Assembly (NCBI RefSeq): GCF_009914755.1 | Contig: NC_060934.1 | DNA: 64,000 nucleotides | DNA from: the human T2T-CHM13v2.0 reference genome, Homo sapiens | Strand: one strand, 5' to 3' | Shown here: positions 55,621 through 64,000 of the stretch, one piece after another | Layout of the letters: every line of letters begins with the position of its first letter | How positions within the stretch are numbered: the first letter of the stretch is position 1 | Position numbers and translations under genes: made by a program | The notes under the pieces: model-generated | What the model was told of the DNA's origin: nothing | What the model saw: the letters and a program-made list of their open reading frames with translations, nothing else | Databases searched by the model: none

Positions 55621-56604
55621 AGAGAATAGTGGGAGTGTGGCAGGCTGGGCCCGCCTTGCCCCTTTCAAGGAAGCAGCTGCCGCGTCACACGCTGCAGCGC
55701 AGTGCTGCCCATGGTTTGTCGGCCCATATTGTGGGATCTTTCAGATTTTCTCAAGAAGCCAGGTTTCCAGCTCCTAGTTTTGAAAAGTTCTATGTGCGCT
55801 TGACCGGGGGGCCTTACGTACGTGAATTGGGTGAGGGCCTGAGACAGGCGGGTGAGCACTTGCCCCACACTCCAGCCAGGGTTGGGGGTTCAAGGGACCG
55901 CATTTGCCACGTGAGAGAGTCTCTGGAGACCACCAACCCGCTGGTGGGCGGCCAAGCGTCACCACCAGTCCCTCTCAGTGCGTCCCACCTCTGTTCTCAG
56001 CCCCTGTGGTGCCCGCAGTCAGTGGGGCAGTGAGAACCGCGCAGGAAATAGCTGGCGCCATGGTGTCGGTTCTGGTTGACAGAGTGCCACCTGGCTAAAC
56101 CCAGCCGTAAATAAGCCCCGTTTCCTCCCTGTGGACAGAGACTGGTGGGTGCCAAGGTTCACGGCAAAAACCCTTCCCCGCCAGGCCCCACTGCTCTCTG
56201 CCTGGCTGGCACACGCCCTTGCCTCAGGCCTGGCTCCCCGGGTCCTGTTGACCACCAGGCTGCAGATCCCAAGGAACGCAGGCATCTGGGTGGCCCCACG
56301 TGGAGCACCAGCCATGGGGAGGCCGTGGGCTACCAGGCCCCGCGTGCACTCCCAGCATGCACCACTCCTTCTCCAGGTCCCGTCGACCTCCATGTGTGCT
56401 GTGCCCCATCCTCCGCTGCACTGCCTCTTCGTAGTGCCCCAGCTCCATCCGGGGGTGGGTGGGAGTGGAGACCCCTGCCTACAGGCCTCCGGGTCTAGCC
56501 AGAGTCAACCAGCCCACCAGAGACACCCAGATGCAGGCTATGCCCCACGTGCCCAGGGAGGATCTGCTGACGTGAGCCCAGATTGCGATTCTTGTGGGAG
56601 GGAG

Positions 56605-56790
56605 ACGAACCAGGTTTAAACCCCAGCTCTGCCACTTCTGGCTGTGACTTTGAGCATGGCTGTTCGTCTCTGGGGGTCTCTCTCCTCATCTCAGAGAAGC
56701 AGATCATGGTGCGCACCCCATGGCGCGCTGTGCAGAGCACATAGAGACGCCACCCACAGCTGGCTTACTGCAGAGGTGTGGGCCCATTGT
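56605..56790 (+). mobile_element. MIR
   Basis: ccaggtttaaaccccagctctgccacttctggctgtgactttgagca. Confidence 0.7.
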
Positions 56791-57102
56791 GGTATCACTG
56801 ATGTCCTGGAGGCCACAAGTCTGCTAGCTAGAGGAGCCTCACCTGCATCCCGGGGCCTGCCCACTGGCTGGTGGAGAGCTCTGGGTTGTGGGCAGCAGGC
56901 AGGCCTATTTCCAGTGAGTCTGTGGCTCCTGGGGGTGTGTGAGACCTTGGGCAGATCCCTTCCTGTGCCTCGGTTTACCCACTAGGGCTCAGAGCCCTGG
57001 GGGACTGGCTCAGTGAGTGCCTCCTGCGAGGAGAGACTTTTGTCCTTACTAGCCAGAGGACAGGTCAGCCGGGGCAGGCTCTGGGCCCTGGGCACCACCC
57101 AC

Positions 57103-57183
57103 TGGAAGGAAAGGGGGTTCAGTTAGCCCAGCCCTGCCCCCCAATGGAAGAAAATTGGGGTTCAGTTAGACCAGCCCTGCCCC
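57103..57183. repeat. Imperfect tandem duplication, about 42-bp period
   Basis: tggaag(g/a)aaa..ggggttcagttag(c/a)ccagccctgcccc twice. Confidence 0.9.
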
Positions 57184-59679
57184 ACCCCAGCTCTTCACAC
57201 ATCCAGATCCAGATGGGGGCCAGATCACCAGGAGACTGTAGGGATCCAAGGCCGAGGGGCAGGAGACGCAGTGCGCCCCTCTCCTATTTCTGGGTTGCAA
57301 CCGCCCACACATGTGCACACAGGGAAGATGTCTCTTTTGGTTGGGGGGCACAGGACCCCACCTCACTCTTAGCTCTGAGACACCCTTGTCAGGCCTCCTG
57401 GACAGGTGGGAGGGACAGGGCAGGGTGGGGTGTGGCCAGCTGCAGTCCCTGGGAGGGGTACTGGGGCTGGGGCCAGGCCAGGGCAGGACAGAGTTGGGGA
57501 ATCCAGGCCCCTCACCATTGCCCTGGCTCTTTGTATGTAGTGCTGCCTGCGGGCGGCAGCCTAGCTGGACACCTGCAGTGCGCTCATGCCCAGCCTCTGT
57601 GGGTGTCTGGCTCACCCCACGTGGGAGGAAGGCGGGCACGGGTGGTTTGGGCTGGGCAGGCCCAGCCCGGGTGCACAGCTTTCTCATCCACACACACATT
57701 CCATGTGTAGGGGCTCAGGGGGAGGGGTCACCTCCTCCCTCCCCACCCCTCCTTGTTACAGAGGAGCAGATGGCCAAACGGATGGGGGACAAGCACCTGA
57801 CAGGGCCACTGCTCCTGCTCTCAGCTGGGCCAGTGGGAAAGGGAGCTTGGCACCTCCAAGGGAGGTCCCAGCCAGGGGAAGTGTGTCCCCATCCCTGCTC
57901 TGGTCCCCAGGCCAGAGAGGTGAGGGACCCAGAGAGGCCCAGGATGAGGACTCCTTCAGGCCTGGGTTTTTGTTTGGATTTTTTTTTTCTGCCAAGTGAC
58001 TTTAAAGCCGCCCGAGAAGGTCCTGTATGTGTGAGCAGGTTGGGCAAGGGGAGGGCGGGTCTCCAAGCTGGGAGCCTCCTCGCGGCCCTCGCCTCGGGGC
58101 TGATGTGGCCCTGGACCCTCCGGTCCCTCCAGGCCACCCTTCGTGCCAGGACCCAGCTGGCTTCAATGGCAGGAGGTGCCCTGGGCTGGAGGGTCCCCAG
58201 GCTGGGCTCCGGGGCTCCAGGTTGACTCAGCAGTCCCCAGGCCTGTGGGCAGAGCTGGCCTGGGAGGACACGGGCCTGAGGGCTGAGCAATCCCTGAGTG
58301 AGAACAGGTAGCTGAGGCTGGAGCCTGTGTCCCCCAGGCACCTGCTAAGGCCCAGGCCTGGGGCTGGAGTGCTGGGCTCAGGTGCCATGTGAGCTCTTTG
58401 CAGGCAGGGACCAGGTCAGAGTCCTTTGTGTGCCTCTTGATCCCCAGGTCCTGGGAGAAGAGGGGCTTGGGAGGCCTTGGCTGGATGCACAGGCTCCACG
58501 GGAAGGAGCTCCTGCTCGGGTTTCTTTGTAAGCAGCACGACATGGCACCTTCCCAGAGGTACATGGGTCTGGGCATGTCATCCCCCGACCTGCTTCCAGA
58601 ACCCAGGGGACGGAGGTCGGAGCAGCCTGCCTGAGATCTGTGGCCATCTCCACTCCGCCACCCAGCTACCCCGTAAGGAGGCCACCGACCCTCGGGCACC
58701 TGCCAGGGACCCAGCTCAGGCCAGGTCACGGGCTGGATGTGGGATGTTCTGGGCCTTCTGCCCACCTCACTGGGCCCCAGCAAGCTGCTGTCCTGAGGGT
58801 GGCCGTGCTGGGCCAGCACGTGGACAGCAGGGAACCCCATGGGCACAGGCCTAGTGTGTGTGATGTACCGGTGCAGACCATCTGATAAGCAGCCTTCAGA
58901 GAAGCTGCGGGTGTGCAGGTGGAGGCAGACCTCCCAGCTGCATCCTCCAGGCACTTGCCAGGGCCAGGCTCTGGTGAACACCCTTCTAGAAATAACCCCC
59001 CAGGCCCCCGGGGGTCTTGGGCTCCTGGGGTTCTGATGGAAGGATGCCCCTTGCCCGGCCTCACTACCTCCACCTCATGAATCACCCTCTGTCCTTGTCC
59101 TGCAAGTCTGTCGGCACAGCCGAGCTGGCGTCACCCTCTGATGCCAGTGCCCGGATCCCTGAATTCACTGGGCAGCCGCCCCCTGCACCTGGCTCCCAGC
59201 CATTGCCTTTCCAAAGCAAATGGGGACAGGGATACCTGCCCCTCCCTGGGTAGGCAGCTGTTGCGGCCTCCAGTTGTGAGAGTCTCTGCCCCACCCTGCC
59301 CCTTCCCCTGCCCCTGCAGGGTAGAGAGGAGGCGGGTGGGCCACCGACTGGGAGTCCCGGGCAGCTCAGGTCCCTCAAGAGCCCCTCGGGGAGAGGCCGC
59401 ACCCGTCTCCCTTGGTCAGTGTTCCCCAGGAGGCGGTGCTGGCCTGCGTGTGCCCTGGAGGAGGCGGCAGGGAGACTGGCCTCATGGGGCTCTTTTGCTG
59501 GGGCCTGGCCACCATTTTCCTTCGATTGGTACAAAGACTGTCCCTGTGAAGCTGGCCAGGCCGCAGGCACAGAACCGCCTTGTTTTCTGCCTCTCACTCA
59601 CCCGTTCCCTGCATTCGGCTGACAGAGCATGAGGGGGAGGAATCACTGATGACAGGCACTGGCCTGCCCAGCTGGGGGC

Positions 59680-60260
59680 CTTTGTTTATTCATTTGGTGG
59701 GCACTTCCTGGGTGCCTGCTCTGGGTCAGGCCTGTGGGGGGGACCACTGAGGGCAGGAAACCTGGCCTGTCCCTCCAGGAAGCGAAGTCAACACTGGCAC
59801 CTGCAGATGAAGTGGCAGAGCAGCCCCCAGCTTTGATGGCATGGGGTGGTTGGGGGGCACATTCTGCATGCTCAGAAGAGAGAGCAACTCGCCCTGTGGA
59901 AGGAGCATACAGTGGGAGATGGGGACAGGTGAGTGGGGTCTTGAAACGTGAACAGGAGTTTGCAGGTGGAGCAGGTTTCAAGAGCATTCCAGGGCACAGC
60001 ATGGGCAATGGCAGGGAGAGCTGGGATGTCTGAAGAGCAGCGGCCCAGACACTGAGTGGCTGGCGAGGCGAGGGAGGTCCGCGGGTGGGGCCCAGTCAGG
60101 ATGGACTCATCTGCCATGCTGAGGAGCTGGGCTATGATGTGGGCAATAGGGAGCCACAGCAGTTTACACAGGGGAGGCGGGAGCAGCTGAGCATTTAGGG
60201 AAACCACTCTGGCTGCAAAAGAGGAGAGGGGGCCAGGCTGGACGGAGGAGCCAGTGGAGG
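59680..60260 (-). mobile_element. L2 3' region
   Basis: tttgtttattcatt...gcacttcctgggtgcc...gagcattccagggcacagcatgggcaa...gcaatagggagccac. Confidence 0.65.
59779..59928 (+). other. Candidate 150-bp exon (L2-derived)
   Basis: Acceptor cctgtccctccag|G, consensus donor CAG|GTGAGT, length divisible by 3 with one open frame; no transcript evidence. Confidence 0.3.
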
Positions 60261-61789
60261 GGGAGGGGGAAGGGGAAGGGAACAGGCTTCAGCAGAAGAC
60301 CTCCTGCCTTCAAGGGGCCCGGGTTACCCTGTGGGTTCCGGTGGTTAAGGCCAGCCTCCCGGTCCTGCAGCCACATGCCTCCCAGCTGTGTGCCTCCGCT
60401 TCCACCTCCGAAACCCGGGCAGCAGGACCCACCCTGCAGGCTCCTGCGCAAGGATGGGGGAGGTACCTGGAGGGCCCACCCCACATCAGAAGCAGGTCCT
60501 CAGCCAGAGACACCCAAATGCAGCCCGAGGGAGGCTGCCCCCAGGAGAGGAGAGGAGAACCCGCAGCCGCCCCGCAGGCGCCTGGGGAAATCACTCACTG
60601 CTCCCACCTCCCAGCCAGGCCCCGAGGGCCAGGCACTCTGGCTTAGTGAAGAAGCCACCCAGCAAAGGCCTGGTGTCTCCACACCATTCTCGGGGGGGAC
60701 AGCAGCAAGGACGATGGACGGGAGCAGTGCTCGGCCTTAACGTCCCTGTTTCCGGAAGCGTCCCTGCCCCGCTCAGTCCTGCCCCACTCCCTCTCCCATC
60801 AGTGCCCTCAGACTCCAGGCCCTTTTCTTTCTTTCCCAGCAGTGCTGACAACTGTGAGTGTGGAACTGGACTGTGAACCCTGGAGGGCAGATGGTGGAGG
60901 TGGGAGGGGGCAGGCCAGCGCCAGGGTGAGCTGCAGGGTCCCCAGGTGCAGGGGAAACGCCAACTTCGTGTGCAGTCTTGCCTCTTTTGTTTCGTTTCAG
61001 AGTGGCCCCCAGAGCCAAGCCCTATGCTACCTTACAGATGAGGAAACTGAGGCTCGGGCAGGTGAAGAGACCGGCCCTGGGCCATGCACTTTTTTGGGGA
61101 CAGAGCAGGGTGCTCAGCTGTCTGGGGGCCTGGGCTGGGCCTGGGGCAGGGGGAGGAGCAGCGCTGTGACCCCCACGGGGAGCCGTCAGCCAGGCCCGTA
61201 GCCAGGGAAGGGCGGAGGGGCTTAACGCAGGCCCACATGGCCAGGACACAGAACCATGGGGGCAGCCCCAGCCCTTCCCTGCCTGTTACAGGCCCCTGCC
61301 CCTGTTCCTGTGTCCCATGCCTGTCCCCTCCCTCCATGTGTCTGTCTCTACTCGCCTGCCCTCTCTCTGCCCTCTTTTCTCTGCTTCATCCTCTTTTTCT
61401 GTTTCTGCCTGTCTCATGGTTCTTCCTGTCCCTGCCCTCCCTCCCTCCGTGTGTGGCCGTGTCTCTCTGTCTGTCTCTTCCTCCTCCTCCAGCTCTGTCC
61501 CAGTAGGGCCACTCCAGGCAGGATGGTCTGCGGCCCCTCCTGCTTCACCCTCTCCACTCTGTCCCCACTGCCGAGGACACACCTTTGCTGGGTTTCTTGG
61601 TTCAGCTTTTGTACCGTGACATCTCTGAGGTCCACAGGTCACAGGGCACTGGCCAGTGTGGGGCAGGGACTCCTCCTGCCCAGGCCATTGGACAAAGCAG
61701 AGCTGCTTCAGGGGCTTTGGGGCCACCAGGCCAGGAACAGGTCCCCTCCTGCCTACCCCAGCTCCCTGGGAGACACAGCCCACAGCAGC

Positions 61790-61990
61790 GTCACGTAATT
61801 AAGACATAAAAGTCCACGATTTCCGCTGCGTGTGGGCAAACACCGGCCGGGTGCTAATGCAATCCTTTCTTTTAGTGGATTCTTGAATTTAAATGATATG
61901 TAATTAAACATAATTAGCCACGGACGCCATTCGGCTAGGTACACGTGCGGAGTGGGGCTGGCCGGATTCTCATTACAAAGCGTCATCTTC
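61790..61990. promoter_or_regulatory. Candidate conserved enhancer
   Basis: TAATTA x3, CATAAAA, CACGTG and retained CpGs in a non-repeat AT-rich island. Confidence 0.55.
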
Positions 61991-62924
61991 TATGGGGAGA
62001 CCTCTTGTTCCCTCTCGGGGCTGGTTGCTTTTGCCTGGACAATAAGCCTGGCCCCAGGGCACCTGGGGAAGGTGTCCAAGGAGGGGGTCCTGGGGGCCAG
62101 TCCCCCGGGGGCTCGGATGATGAATCATGGGCGGTGTTTGCTGGAAGAATTTTTGTTCCGCTTCGGGCAACAAGGAACCCAAACCTCTCACTGTTGTGGG
62201 GAGAAAAGTTGGAAATCAGATGGGAACTGGCTGCGGTACCAGAGAGGACGTCAGACCCGGGCCGCGGCCTCAGCCCCCGACTCCTTGTAAGCGTGGGCTG
62301 GGTGCACACGTGGCGGCTGCGAGCAGTGCTTTGGAGCTCATCTCCCCAGACCCTAGTGGGAGCTGAGGGCAGCCTGGCAGGGCTGATGCAGGCCCATGCA
62401 CACAGGCCAGGCAGAGGTGAGACCAGGGAATAGAAGCGTTGCAGGGGCAGAGGGCAGGAGGGGGCAGAGTCTCGGCGTAGGAGTGAGCCTACTGGTCCTT
62501 CCCGCAGGCACCCTCCCTAGTGCCAGGTCTGCTGGGACTCCAGGCTGTTGGTATGCCCCCTAGGGTCCTGCTTGGAGCCTTTCTGACCCTCCTGATCCAG
62601 TGCCTGTGCCGGGCTTCCTCCCCACTCACCCTGTCCTCCCTGTGCCCCATGTAGCCCACACATCAGTGTGTCCGTCCGCCTGCCTGTCTGCCCCCCACCA
62701 GCCTGTGTGCCCAGGGGAAGGCTCAAGGCCGGTCATGCTCTACCTCCCTGGCCAGCCCAGCCCCGCCCCAGCCCACGGTGCATTCCCTGGACAGGATTGC
62801 TGAGTTTTCCATTTTAGCCACAACAGCGCCCACACCCGCGCCAACCAACCTGTCCTTGCCACGAATATTGGCTCCTGCCCTCCTCATGGGAGCCCATGGT
62901 GCATGCTATTATGACCTCGGTCTA

Positions 62925-63050
62925 GAGGCAGGGACACCAAGGCACAGGGGCTTAGGGAAGTTGCCTGAGGTCACGTGGCTGGTAGGGGGCGGAGCCAGCT
63001 TTATCCTCATGGCACAGATGAGGAAACTGAGGCAGAGAGGTGTTTTGCCA
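62925..63050 (-). mobile_element. MIR fragments
   Basis: ttgcctgaggtcacgtggctggta; acagatgaggaaactgaggcagagagg. Confidence 0.7.
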
Positions 63051-63671
63051 GGGGGCTAATTTACTGAGCTAGCCAGCCGTTCTGGTTTTGTCTCTGTCTC
63101 GCTCAGAGGGTCCCCCACCCCACCCACCTGCCTACCCAGCTTGCCGTGTCCTCGGCCAGGGCCAGCAGTCTCAGAGGTAGAGCTGCTGAGAGAAGCCTGT
63201 CATCTGTCCTCCAAGAGGGATCTGAGTAAGCCGGAGAGCATCAGCAGCCTCAAGGGGACCTTGGACCCCTGCCCACCTTTCATTCTGTACCAGGGCAGGG
63301 TGTGTCTGCACAGCCTGGAGCCAGGTGTGGCTGGCAGCCCCAGGAAGACAGGGCCAACCCTGCCCAGCCCAGAGCAGCCGCATCTCTGCAGCAGCGGTGC
63401 ACTTGAGTGGAAGCACTGGCTTCCCAAGAGTAAGAGCTTGAGAAGGGGCCTGTCCAGAGCCCTGGGGGACGGTGGACAGGCCAGCCCAGGGGTCCAGGCC
63501 TTTCCTGTAGGGGCCGAATCGTTACCACTTCAGGCTCTGCCAGCTTCCATTTGGTCTCTCTTGCATATTACTCTCTTCTTTTTACACCCCTTTAAAAATA
63601 TAAAGACAGGCCGCAGGTAGGATTTGGCCCTCTGGCCTACACAATAGCAACTGTGAGCATTATATGTGGCT

Positions 63672-63999
<328 letters not shown>

Positions 64000-64000
64000 A

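Noticed and set aside
57311-58981. 304-aa and 272-aa ORFs
   Set aside because: G/P/A/R/W-rich with no homology I can recognise and no supporting gene structure.

Overview
Primate (human-like) GC-rich, non-coding genomic DNA. I see no credible protein-coding gene, rRNA, tRNA or CRISPR array; the long ORFs in the track come from GC richness, simple repeats or Alu/L1/LTR sequence. The window holds about 25 Alu/FLAM elements (many with clear target-site duplications, TSDs), numerous MIR and L2 relics, fragmented old L1s (mostly on the minus strand, hinting at an intron of a plus-strand transcript), solo LTRs (THE1, MST, MLT2A), Tigger/hAT DNA transposons, and several short AT-rich islands dense in homeodomain/PBX/MEIS motifs that look like developmental enhancers. 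The most unusual structure is an old inverted duplication (arms about 6604-6852 and 8392-8967, the right arm split by an AluJ) that brackets the strongest candidate enhancer (about 7170-7430). Other oddities are a FLAM-FAM style Alu dimer, an L1 internally deleted at a microhomology, recent 62-bp and 46-bp tandem duplications, a cassette-bearing (CCAT)n array, and a 150-bp candidate exon. I cannot name the locus from sequence alone. Repeat subfamily calls are from recalled consensus diagnostics, and boundaries of old elements are approximate.
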